Positions 54,833-62,828 of a DNA stretch of 62,828 nt are shown one piece after another. The stretch lies in contig CAYWHP010000003.1 in NCBI GenBank assembly GCA_964457845.1, positions 19,943 to 82,770 on the forward strand, in the 5' to 3' direction. Both the position numbers and the translations under genes were made by a program. Source of the DNA: an uncultured Porphyromonadaceae bacterium. GTDB taxonomy: Bacteria > Bacteroidota > Bacteroidia > Bacteroidales > UBA12481. Position 1 is the first letter of the stretch, and every line of letters starts with the position of its first letter. The notes beneath the pieces were generated by a model, which was given only the letters and a program-made list of their open reading frames with translations, was not told the origin of the DNA and searched no databases.

Positions 54833-55699
54833 TTATTTTTCAATTGATTCTGATACAGCAGCTTCCGCCTCTTTAACCTTGCGTGGCGGGAAGTTGAACT
54901 CAATAATGGAATCGGTTGGGCACACCGGGATGCACTTTCGGCAGAAGGTGCATTTTACGGGATCGATATACGCTACCATATTTTCGATCGTAATGGCATC
55001 AAACTCGCACGCCTTCACACAGGCTTTGCATGCAATACAAGCTACGGAACAGGCCTTTTTGGCCACTGCGCCCTTGTCGCGGTTTACACAGGAGACGAAT
55101 ATCTTTCTGTCCTTTTTGGATTTCTTCCTGAGTTCGATGATCATCTTCGGGCATGCCTTCACGCACGCTCCGCATGATGTACATTTCTCGTCGATTACCT
55201 CCGGAAGCATCGTCACCGGGTTCATACGGATCGCATCAAAGGTGCAGGAAACCACGCAGTCGCCCAACCCGAGGCAGCCGTATGAGCATCCGGTATCTCC
55301 GCAGTAAAGGGCCGAAGCGATTTCGCAACTCGAAACGCCATCATAGCGGGCGGTCCTGACGCGATGGTCAGGGCTGCCGGAGCACCTGACCACAGCAACC
55401 CTGGGATCCTGAGCCACAGCTTGCTTTCCGAGTGCCGCAGCTACCTTTGCCATGCCGTCGTTGCCTCCGACAGGGCAAAACAAAACATCGAGCGATTCGG
55501 CTTTCACACAGGTCTCGGCAAATCCCCGGCATCCGGGATAGCCGCATCCGCCGCAGTTGGCACCGGGAAGCACCCCCTCGACATCATCGATCCGCGGATC
55601 TTCGAAAACCTTGAACTGCTGGGCAATAAGGTAAAGGATGAACCCCGAAAAGGCACCGATTACACTTAAACTGATGATCGTAATGACGACCGTATTCAT
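54833..55699 (-). CDS. rnfB: Rnf complex subunit B
   Basis: LPGANCGGCGYPGC, CPVGG, and several CxxCxxCxxxCP ferredoxin motifs. Confidence 0.96.
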   Translation of the reverse strand: MNTVVITIISLSVIGAFSGFILYLIAQQFKVFEDPRIDDVEGVLPGANCGGCGYPGCRGFAETCVKAESLDVLFCPVGGNDGMAKVAAALGKQAVAQDPRVAVVRCSGSPDHRVRTARYDGVSSCEIASALYCGDTGCSYGCLGLGDCVVSCTFDAIRMNPVTMLPEVIDEKCTSCGACVKACPKMIIELRKKSKKDRKIFVSCVNRDKGAVAKKACSVACIACKACVKACEFDAITIENMVAYIDPVKCTFCRKCIPVCPTDSIIEFNFPPRKVKEAEAAVSESIEK

Positions 55700-55702
55700 A
55701 TC

Positions 55703-56128
55703 TTACTGATTCTGTTTTCTCAACTTGAATTCCATCGACCGGGTGATCCTTGTCCGGAAAACAAAGAGCACCAGATAATAGGGAACCAGGCTCCCCAAAC
55801 CGATAAGGGCGGCAAAAGCATCCCTTCCTGTAACCGCATAAACGGTAAATATTACCGCCAGAAGAACAATAAGCGGCAGCCCGTATCCGTACCATACCGC
55901 CTTAAACCCTTGAGATTGTGCAAGAAGCACATCTACCCTGTCGCCGGCTTTCAGCCCGGGCTCCGGTGTCACCAGGTCAACAAACTTTTCCTCGGAATCG
56001 GAAACGGAACATACCCCTTTGGCATGGCATGCTGCGCAGGCGGAGTGGGCGACAAACCGCACCCGGACATTCTTCCCGGAAACCGCTTCTATCACCCCGT
56101 CATGAGCAACCGTTGCCCCGCTCTGCAT
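55703..56128 (-). CDS. rseC: RseC/MucC family (SoxR-reducing system) protein
   Basis: HSACAACHAKGVC, YGLPL, two C-terminal TM helices; heads the rnf operon. Start taken at MQSGAT. Confidence 0.85.
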   Translation of the reverse strand: MQSGATVAHDGVIEAVSGKNVRVRFVAHSACAACHAKGVCSVSDSEEKFVDLVTPEPGLKAGDRVDVLLAQSQGFKAVWYGYGLPLIVLLAVIFTVYAVTGRDAFAALIGLGSLVPYYLVLFVFRTRITRSMEFKLRKQNQ

Positions 56129-56185
56129 TTTTGTTAATCTAAAAACGATCAAAAGTAGACCCGAAGAAACTCTTAAAAATTGCTA

Positions 56186-56218
56186 TTTGTCAGGTTTTTC
56201 AAATTTCCGCTACATTTG
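56186..56218 (+). promoter_or_regulatory. Bacteroidota sigma-A promoter (-33/-7) for the M16 peptidase pair
   Basis: TTTG at 56186-56189, a 21-bp spacer, then TACATTTG at 56211-56218. Confidence 0.7.
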
Positions 56219-56235
56219 GTGTTTCATCGCCAAAT

Positions 56236-57480
56236 ATGGAATACATCAGACACCGGCTCGGCAACGGGCTAAGAATTCTCGTAAACAGTGATTTCAGTTC
56301 GCCCATGGTGGCCATGAACATCCTCTATGATATCGGCGCACGCGACGAGGACCCGGCCCAAACAGGATTCGCCCATCTTTTTGAGCACCTGATGTTCGGC
56401 GGATCCGCCAACATTCCCGATTACGATTCCCCGCTGCAGCTGGCCGGAGGTGACAACAATGCTTTTACCAACAACGACTATACCGACTATCACCTTACGA
56501 TTCCCTTTCAGAACCTTGAAACGGGTTTCTGGCTCGAATCCGACCGGATGAACGAATTGGATTTTTCACAGGAAAGCCTCGATGTTCAGAAAAAAGTTGT
56601 CATCGAGGAGTACCGGCAGCGATACCTCAACCAGCCCTACGGTGATGCCTGGCTTCACCTCAAACCACTGAGTTACAAGGCCCACCCATACCGATGGCCA
56701 ACCATAGGAAGGGAGATCAGCCATATAGAAAATGCCGTGCTGGATGATGTCCGTAATTTCTTTTATCGCCACTACGCACCCAACAATGCGGTACTTGCCC
56801 TCTCGGGTGCCATCGGCACCGATGAGGCACTGAAGATGGCTGAAAAGTGGTTCGGGCCGGTGCCGGCAAGACAGATCCATCCACGCAGCCTCCCCGTGGA
56901 GCCGGTCCAGACGGAATACCGTCACCTCGAACTCGAACGGCCGGTCCCGAGTGCAGCGGTTTATCTCGCCTGGCATATGGGCGACCGGTTCAGCCGTGAT
57001 TACTATGTGCTCGACATACTGTCGGATATTTTGTCAAATGGCATGTCGGCCCGCCTTTTCCTGAAACTCGTGAAGGACCGCAAACTCTTCAGCGACATCG
57101 ATGCGTATATCACGGGCGACCACGACCCCGGACTGTTTGTCATCAGCGGCCGCCTGGCCTCGGGGGTCAATCCCGGTGCAGGCATTGCCGCCATAAACGA
57201 TGAACTCGCTGCCATCCTCTCCGGCCCGATATCCGAACGCGAACTGAACAAGGTGAAAAACAGGGCCGAATCGCAGTTTATTTTCAGCAACATGAACGTC
57301 CAGAGCAAAGCCATGAACCTGGCCCATTTCGAGTGGCTCGGCGATGCCGCCCTCATCGGCATGGAAATGGATAAACTCCGGTCGGTAACGGTTCAGGAGA
57401 TCCGCGATACCGCCGAACGGATATTCGTTAAAACCAATTGCTCCTGCCTGGTCTATAACAGTAACGGGGGGAAAGAATAA
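56236..57480 (+). CDS. M16B zinc peptidase, catalytic subunit
   Basis: GFAHLFEHLMF (HxxEH), NNAFT, ESDRM, EEYRQRY. Confidence 0.95.
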   Translation: MEYIRHRLGNGLRILVNSDFSSPMVAMNILYDIGARDEDPAQTGFAHLFEHLMFGGSANIPDYDSPLQLAGGDNNAFTNNDYTDYHLTIPFQNLETGFWLESDRMNELDFSQESLDVQKKVVIEEYRQRYLNQPYGDAWLHLKPLSYKAHPYRWPTIGREISHIENAVLDDVRNFFYRHYAPNNAVLALSGAIGTDEALKMAEKWFGPVPARQIHPRSLPVEPVQTEYRHLELERPVPSAAVYLAWHMGDRFSRDYYVLDILSDILSNGMSARLFLKLVKDRKLFSDIDAYITGDHDPGLFVISGRLASGVNPGAGIAAINDELAAILSGPISERELNKVKNRAESQFIFSNMNVQSKAMNLAHFEWLGDAALIGMEMDKLRSVTVQEIRDTAERIFVKTNCSCLVYNSNGGKE

Positions 57481-58775
57481 TGGACAGAAAAACAATGCCG
57501 GCCATAAAAACCGTTACCCGCCTCAACCTGGCACGGCCGCAGAGCACATTTCTCAGCAACGGGATACCCGTTGTGATTGTACCGGCCGGCTCCGAACCGG
57601 TCTGCCGCCTCGATCTGGTGTTCGATGCCGGCTCCCGAAACCAGGATATCATTTTCCAGTCGTCACTCACCAACCAGATGATCCCCGAGGGAACCCCAGG
57701 CATGAACGGGGGCACCATCGCAGAGGAGTTCGAGTTTTACGGCAGTTATTTCAACGTTTCGGCCGACCGTGATGAAGCCGAAATCACCGTGCACAGCCTC
57801 GAAAAACATCTGGAACCGGTTTTAAACCTGATGAGCCAGGTGGTTCGTAATCCCTCATTCCCTGAAGACGAACTCGGCATCATCAAGGCCAACCGTGTGG
57901 AGTCGATGAAAGTGGACGACCAGCGCGTCGAAAGCCTGGCCCGCAAGGAATTCAACCGATTGATTTTCGGCATGTCACACCCGTATGGCGTCGTTGGTGA
58001 GATACCCGATGTTGATGCCGTAGGGGCAAGCCACCTGAAAGGTTTCCATGCCCGCTGGTATAACCCGGCGCACTGCCGGATCATGATCACCGGGCCAAAA
58101 CCGGATGAATACCTGGCTCTCGTTAACCGCTTTTTCGGCGACGGCTGGCCGCGCAACGAGCAGCACCCGGGCGCGGCACCGGTTTTGCCTGCTATCGAAT
58201 CCAGCCTGCTCAGACGATCGGTCATTCCCCGGATGGATGCCGTACAAACCGCCATACGGATCGGACGGCCGCTGTTCAGCCGGCTGCACCCCGACCACAT
58301 GGGGCTTACCATTGTAAACACCATTCTCGGCGGCTATTTCGGATCAAGGCTCATGAGCAACATCCGGGAACAAAAGGGGTATACCTATGGCATTTCTTCC
58401 CATCTGCCAACCCTCCGCGATTCCGGCTATTTCGTAATCGGTTCGGCCGTCGGCGCCGAAGTCTGGGAGGATACCGTAAAAGAGTGCTTTATCGAGATGC
58501 AAAAACTCTGCAGCGAAAAGGTGGCCGATCACGAACTGGAACTGGTGCGGAATTACCTCATCGGAATGATCCAGCGTTCACTCGACGGCCCCTTCCAGGT
58601 AGCCGACCAGCTGCGCTCCCTGTGGACACACAACCTGGGTCTCGACTACCTCACGGAATTTATGGAACTCATCAGTTCCATTACTGCCGGGGAGATAAGG
58701 GACCTGGCGGCCAGGCACCTGGATCCTTCCCAAATGACCGTTGTAGCTGCCGGCCCGATACAAACTACCGATTGA
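57480..58775 (+). CDS. M16B peptidase, non-catalytic partner subunit
   Basis: No HxxEH; LGGYFGSRLMSNIREQKGYTYGI motif; TAATG-coupled to the catalytic subunit. Confidence 0.92.
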   Translation: MDRKTMPAIKTVTRLNLARPQSTFLSNGIPVVIVPAGSEPVCRLDLVFDAGSRNQDIIFQSSLTNQMIPEGTPGMNGGTIAEEFEFYGSYFNVSADRDEAEITVHSLEKHLEPVLNLMSQVVRNPSFPEDELGIIKANRVESMKVDDQRVESLARKEFNRLIFGMSHPYGVVGEIPDVDAVGASHLKGFHARWYNPAHCRIMITGPKPDEYLALVNRFFGDGWPRNEQHPGAAPVLPAIESSLLRRSVIPRMDAVQTAIRIGRPLFSRLHPDHMGLTIVNTILGGYFGSRLMSNIREQKGYTYGISSHLPTLRDSGYFVIGSAVGAEVWEDTVKECFIEMQKLCSEKVADHELELVRNYLIGMIQRSLDGPFQVADQLRSLWTHNLGLDYLTEFMELISSITAGEIRDLAARHLDPSQMTVVAAGPIQTTD

Positions 58776-58807
58776 TTTGCTACTTTCACCCTTGAAACGC
58801 AACGGGA

Positions 58808-61027
58808 ATGTTTGAACTTACAACAGAGGAAAACGTCAAGATAGACGAGGCCTACCAGGACCTCGTCAACGGGCTTCAGAAAAACCTGACCAAAACCGAC
58901 AGGGAGCTTATCCGAAAGGCCTATCTGTTTGCCTGCAAAGCACATGGAAGCGAAAAACGCAAATCCGGCGAGCCTTACGTTCTCCACCCTATTGCTGTTG
59001 CCCGTATAGTTTCGGAAGAGATCGGACTCCGAACCCGCAGCATTGTCAGTGCCCTTCTTCATGACGTTGTGGAAGATACCGATTACACACTCGATGACAT
59101 CGAACGTGAATTCGGACAGCAGATCCGGCAGATCATCGACGGCCTCACCAAGATAACCGTTGTGATTGATGGCGACTCTTCCCTCCAGGCTTCAACTTTC
59201 CGAAAACTGCTGCTCACACTGATTGATGACGTCCGGGTTATCCTGATCAAACTGGCCGACCGCCTGCACAATATGCGCACACTGCAGGCGCTTCCGCGAA
59301 AAAAACAGATCAAGATCGCCAGCGAAACACTTTACCTGTTCGCCCCACTCGCACACAGGCTTGGCCTGTATTCCATCAAAACTGAACTGGAGGACCTTAG
59401 CCTCAAGCACAAAAACCCCGAAGTATATCAGGATCTGGCCAATAGAATCAACCACTCGGAGAAAATTTCCGCCCATTTCATCAATAAATTCATCGAGCCG
59501 ATCAAAGAAAAGCTTGAAGAGGAAAAATTTAAACTTGATGTATATGGAAGGCCCAAATCGATCTATTCCGTTTGGCGCAAGATGCAGGAAAAGAATTTGC
59601 CCTTCGAGCAGATTTTCGACATCCTGGCCGTACGGATCGTATTTAAACCAAAACCAAGGATTCCGGAAATCACCCAGTGCTGGCATATCTATTCCACAAT
59701 CACCCAACTGTACAAATCCAAAACCGACAGGCTCCGCGACTGGGTAAGCCAGCCCAAGGCCAACGGTTACGAAGCGCTGCACGCCACCTTTATGGGGCCG
59801 CATGGCAAATGGGTTGAAGTTCAGATCCGGTCGGAAAGGATGAACGATATCGCAGAACACGGTTTTGCCGCCCACTGGAAATATAAAACGGGTGATTCCA
59901 AGGAGAACGAAATCGACCGGTGGCTGAAAGGCGTGTCGGATATGCTCAAGAATCAGGAGACCGGCGACATCGAATTCCTCGAAGACTTCAAGCTGAACCT
60001 CTTCGATGCCGAAATGGTCACCTTTACCCCTAAAGGAAAAGAAATACAACTACCAAAAAACGCCTCCGCCCTCGACTTTGCCTACGAGATTCATACCGCA
60101 GTCGGGAAAAAGGCCATCGGTGCAAAGGTCAACCACAAACTGGTTCCGCTCTCAACCCGCCTCAACACCGGCGATCAGGTTGAGATCCTCACCTCCGATA
60201 TCCAGAGTCCGCAGCTGGAACAGCTCGATTTTGTAAAAACGGCCAAGGCAAAAGCATCAATCAAAAATTCCTTCAAGGAACAACGAAGAAAGCAAATATT
60301 CCGCGGTCAAAAAAACCTCGAAGAGCAACTCAAACAGTTGAACTACAAGCCACAGGCCAGCGTGTTCCGGAAACTTTTCGATGAATTCCAGGTCAACAGC
60401 AAGGACGACCTCTACCAGATTCTCGGGCGCGACGAAGTCGGGATCGAACAGATAAGAAAGATCCTGAAAAAACGGTCACGAAGCAAAACCGTACGATTCT
60501 GGAATCTCGAGTTCTTTACCTCTAAGAAGAGCGAGCAGCTGCCAATCAATACCGGCTCCAATTCGAGTCTCGTCATTCAGGGAAATCCGGGTGAAAATGA
60601 ATTCAGGCTTGCCCCCTGCTGCGAACCGATCCCCGGCGATGAGGTAATCGGATACCGTAACCATGAGTCCTCGGAAATCCTTATCCATAAAACTACCTGC
60701 CCTATTGCCAGCAAGCTCATGAGCAGCCAGGGAGAACAGATCGTTGCAGCCAAGTGGACATCCCACAAGGTGATGGCCTTCCTAGCGAGGCTGAACATGA
60801 CAGGCATCGACCGGCTCGGCCTGGCGAACGACGTTACCGGAATCATTTCAAAGGAACTGAACGTCAACATCCGGTCATTAAGCATGGAATCGCACGATGG
60901 TGTATTCGAAGCAAATTTCGACCTGTACGTGCATAACACCGAGGATGTCAATAACCTGATCCTTACCCTGAGCAAGGTAAAGGGAGTTGATAATGTAAAA
61001 CGGATTGAGAAAATTGAGGACAATTAA
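58808..61027 (+). CDS. rel: Long RelA/SpoT homologue (HD, synthetase, TGS and ACT domains)
   Basis: RKSGEPYVLHP, LLHDVVED, KLADRLHNMRTL, GRPKSIYS, NGYEALH, EVQIRS, AAHWKYK, TPKG...DFAY.IHT. Confidence 0.97.
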   Translation: MFELTTEENVKIDEAYQDLVNGLQKNLTKTDRELIRKAYLFACKAHGSEKRKSGEPYVLHPIAVARIVSEEIGLRTRSIVSALLHDVVEDTDYTLDDIEREFGQQIRQIIDGLTKITVVIDGDSSLQASTFRKLLLTLIDDVRVILIKLADRLHNMRTLQALPRKKQIKIASETLYLFAPLAHRLGLYSIKTELEDLSLKHKNPEVYQDLANRINHSEKISAHFINKFIEPIKEKLEEEKFKLDVYGRPKSIYSVWRKMQEKNLPFEQIFDILAVRIVFKPKPRIPEITQCWHIYSTITQLYKSKTDRLRDWVSQPKANGYEALHATFMGPHGKWVEVQIRSERMNDIAEHGFAAHWKYKTGDSKENEIDRWLKGVSDMLKNQETGDIEFLEDFKLNLFDAEMVTFTPKGKEIQLPKNASALDFAYEIHTAVGKKAIGAKVNHKLVPLSTRLNTGDQVEILTSDIQSPQLEQLDFVKTAKAKASIKNSFKEQRRKQIFRGQKNLEEQLKQLNYKPQASVFRKLFDEFQVNSKDDLYQILGRDEVGIEQIRKILKKRSRSKTVRFWNLEFFTSKKSEQLPINTGSNSSLVIQGNPGENEFRLAPCCEPIPGDEVIGYRNHESSEILIHKTTCPIASKLMSSQGEQIVAAKWTSHKVMAFLARLNMTGIDRLGLANDVTGIISKELNVNIRSLSMESHDGVFEANFDLYVHNTEDVNNLILTLSKVKGVDNVKRIEKIEDN

Positions 61028-61480
61028 ATGAAATGCACGCCTATACAAAGCACGGTTAAGGAGATTTTCTCCGAATACATCGAACGGAAAGGCCAGCGAA
61101 AGACCCCCGAACGGTATGCCATACTTGATGAGGTTTATGCCCGCGACGGCCATTTCGATGTAGAAGAACTCTATCTCCACATGAAAAACAACAATTACCG
61201 GGTTAGCCGGGCAACGCTTTACAACACCATGGAGTTGCTTCTCGATTGCGGGCTGGTGGTGAAACACCAGTTCGGGAAGAACATAGCCCAGTTTGAAAAG
61301 TCCTACCTGTGCAAACAACACGACCACATCATCTGCACAATCTGCGGCAGGGTTGATGAATACTGCGATCCGAGGATACATGAGATCGAAAAGACAGTGT
61401 CAACGGTGATGAAATACAGTATATCAAATCATTCCCTCTATTTTTACGGCACCTGCCAGTCGTGCCAAAAATCCAGGTGA
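61028..61480 (+). CDS. fur: Fur family transcriptional regulator
   Basis: RKTPER.AIL, HFDVEEL, VSRATLYNT, HDHIICTIC, CQSC. Confidence 0.93.
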   Translation: MKCTPIQSTVKEIFSEYIERKGQRKTPERYAILDEVYARDGHFDVEELYLHMKNNNYRVSRATLYNTMELLLDCGLVVKHQFGKNIAQFEKSYLCKQHDHIICTICGRVDEYCDPRIHEIEKTVSTVMKYSISNHSLYFYGTCQSCQKSR

Positions 61481-61510
61481 TCCATTTCCTCTCCGCGCCG
61501 CGAAAAATGC

Positions 61511-61518
61511 TATTTTTG
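61511..61518 (+). promoter_or_regulatory. -7 element upstream of purA
   Basis: TATTTTTG matches TAnnTTTG, ~45 bp before the ATG. Confidence 0.5.
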
Positions 61519-61562
61519 CAGTTTGGCCTGAGGGCAGAGTTATTCAATTAATACGGATTTTT

Positions 61563-62828
61563 ATGAAAGTGGATGTTCTTCTCGGTCTACAGTGGGGAGA
61601 TGAGGGTAAGGGTAAGCTGGTGGATGTGCTCACCGGGAAATATGATGTCGTTGCGCGGTTCCAGGGTGGACCTAATGCCGGCCATACACTGGAATTCAAT
61701 AATCAGAAACATGTTCTGCACACCATACCCAGCGGAATATTCCATACCGACAAGCTAAACCTGATCGGGAACGGGCTGGTGGTCGACCCGGTGATCTTCC
61801 GCAGGGAGGTAGACAGGCTCTCCGGATACGGAATGGACATCCGTAAAAACCTTTTCATTTCGAAAAAATCGCATCTGATACTGCCAACACACCGGCTGCT
61901 CGATGCGGCTTCCGAAACCAGCAAGGGAACGCTTAAAATCGGCTCCACACTTAAAGGCATCGGGCCAACATACACCGACAAAACCGCCCGGGAAGGCCTG
62001 CGCATCGGTGACATCCTGGAAGATAATTTCCTGGCCAGATACCAGTGCCTGCGCGATATGCACCTAAGCAAAATCAGCCACTACAATTTCCCTGTCGACC
62101 TTCAGCCCCTTGAAGAGGAGTGGCTGTCGGCAATCGACTTCCTCCGCACCTTCCAGCTGGTAAACGGTGAATACCTCGTAAACGAATGGCTCCAGTCGGG
62201 TAAAAACATTCTCGCCGAAGGAGCCCAGGGCAGCATGCTGGATGTGGATTTTGGCAGCTATCCATTTGTGACCTCATCAAATACCACCTGCGCGGGTGCC
62301 TGCACCGGTCTTGGTATTGCACCCGGCCATATCGGCAATGTTATCGGTATTTTCAAAGCTTACTGCACACGTGTGGGCAGCGGACCGTTTCCCACTGAGC
62401 TTACTGAGGCAACCGGCGAAATGCTGCGCACCTGCGGCAATGAATTCGGCTCCACCACCGGGCGGCCAAGGCGTTGCGGCTGGCTCGACCTGGTCGCCCT
62501 CCGGTATGCGGTAATGCTTAACGGCGTTACCTCCATGATCATGACCAAGGCTGATGTGCTCAGCGGATTTGAGAACCTCCGTGTAGCCACCGCTTATCTG
62601 GTTAATGGCAAAATTACCACCGAGGTTCCGTTCGACACCTACGCACATGTAGAACCTGTTTATTCTGAAATCCCGGGCTGGAAGGAAGATATCTCAGCCA
62701 TCCGCAAAAAAGATGACCTGCCTGAAAAGCTCAAGGCCTATGTCCGGTTTATCGAAAATTACATCGGCGTGCCGGTAAGCATCGTGTCGGTTGGACCCGA
62801 CAGGGAGGCTACCGTGATGATGGGTTGA
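61563..62828 (+). CDS. purA: Adenylosuccinate synthetase
   Basis: LGLQWGDEGKGK, RFQGGPNAGHT, EGAQG, GTYPF-like GSYPFVTSS, TTGRPRRCGWLD, SVGPDR. Confidence 0.99.
   Translation: MKVDVLLGLQWGDEGKGKLVDVLTGKYDVVARFQGGPNAGHTLEFNNQKHVLHTIPSGIFHTDKLNLIGNGLVVDPVIFRREVDRLSGYGMDIRKNLFISKKSHLILPTHRLLDAASETSKGTLKIGSTLKGIGPTYTDKTAREGLRIGDILEDNFLARYQCLRDMHLSKISHYNFPVDLQPLEEEWLSAIDFLRTFQLVNGEYLVNEWLQSGKNILAEGAQGSMLDVDFGSYPFVTSSNTTCAGACTGLGIAPGHIGNVIGIFKAYCTRVGSGPFPTELTEATGEMLRTCGNEFGSTTGRPRRCGWLDLVALRYAVMLNGVTSMIMTKADVLSGFENLRVATAYLVNGKITTEVPFDTYAHVEPVYSEIPGWKEDISAIRKKDDLPEKLKAYVRFIENYIGVPVSIVSVGPDREATVMMG

Noticed and set aside
50737-56128. rseC-rnfBCDGEA as a novelty
   Set aside because: Canonical Rnf operon with all expected motifs.
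56236-62828. M16 pair with one inactive subunit; rel-fur in-frame TAA-ATG junction; fur-purA linkage
   Set aside because: Heterodimeric M16B pairs and the rel-fur-purA order are established. The junction is simple translational coupling at a TAA stop.
1-62828. tRNA, rRNA, prophage, integrase, IS transposase, toxin-antitoxin or restriction/defence genes
   Set aside because: No supporting motifs were seen. Nearly all sequence is accounted for by the listed CDSs, and the intergenic gaps were read individually.

Overview
A 62.8-kb chromosomal segment from a Bacteroidota organism, probably an anaerobic Bacteroidales- or Marinilabiliales-like lineage. This rests on T9SS C-terminal domains, TAnnTTTG promoter elements, the rel-fur-purA and rseC-rnfBCDGEA gene orders, and FISUMP and CarboxypepD_reg proteins. 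I saw no rRNA, tRNA, CRISPR, prophage or transposase. Left to right, the window holds pmbA-tldD (TldD has a Tat/lipoprotein leader), a glycoside hydrolase cluster (GH2, GH51, MFS, GH29), and a penicillin-acylase-family Ntn hydrolase. Next come a barrel/ABC/LolA-like module, an APC permease-isoaspartyl peptidase fusion ORF, msrB-msrA, a TonB receptor and a T9SS-sorted cupredoxin. These are followed by a five-gene heterodisulfide-reductase-like cluster behind a NarX/NarL-type two-component pair, a FISUMP lipoprotein, two CLC paralogues, glyA and a T9SS BNR-repeat protein. The right part carries exbB-exbD-tonB/tolA, tamB, tsaD, the Rnf operon, an M16 peptidase pair, rel, fur and purA. Three observations stand out. 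(1) A dispersed family of 7-bp-periodic tandem/inverted repeat arrays plus GTCATCCC-type hairpins, one composite copy of which sits in frame as 63 codons inside the conserved t6A gene tsaD. (2) An Hdr-like C-B-A-C-(membrane+D) cluster that resembles sHdr in gene order but has a predicted NarI-like membrane anchor and no Mvh, Flx or lipoate-binding partner in the window. (3) The permease-asparaginase fusion, which retains an internal signal peptide. All family calls come from motif recognition by eye; no database searches were run.
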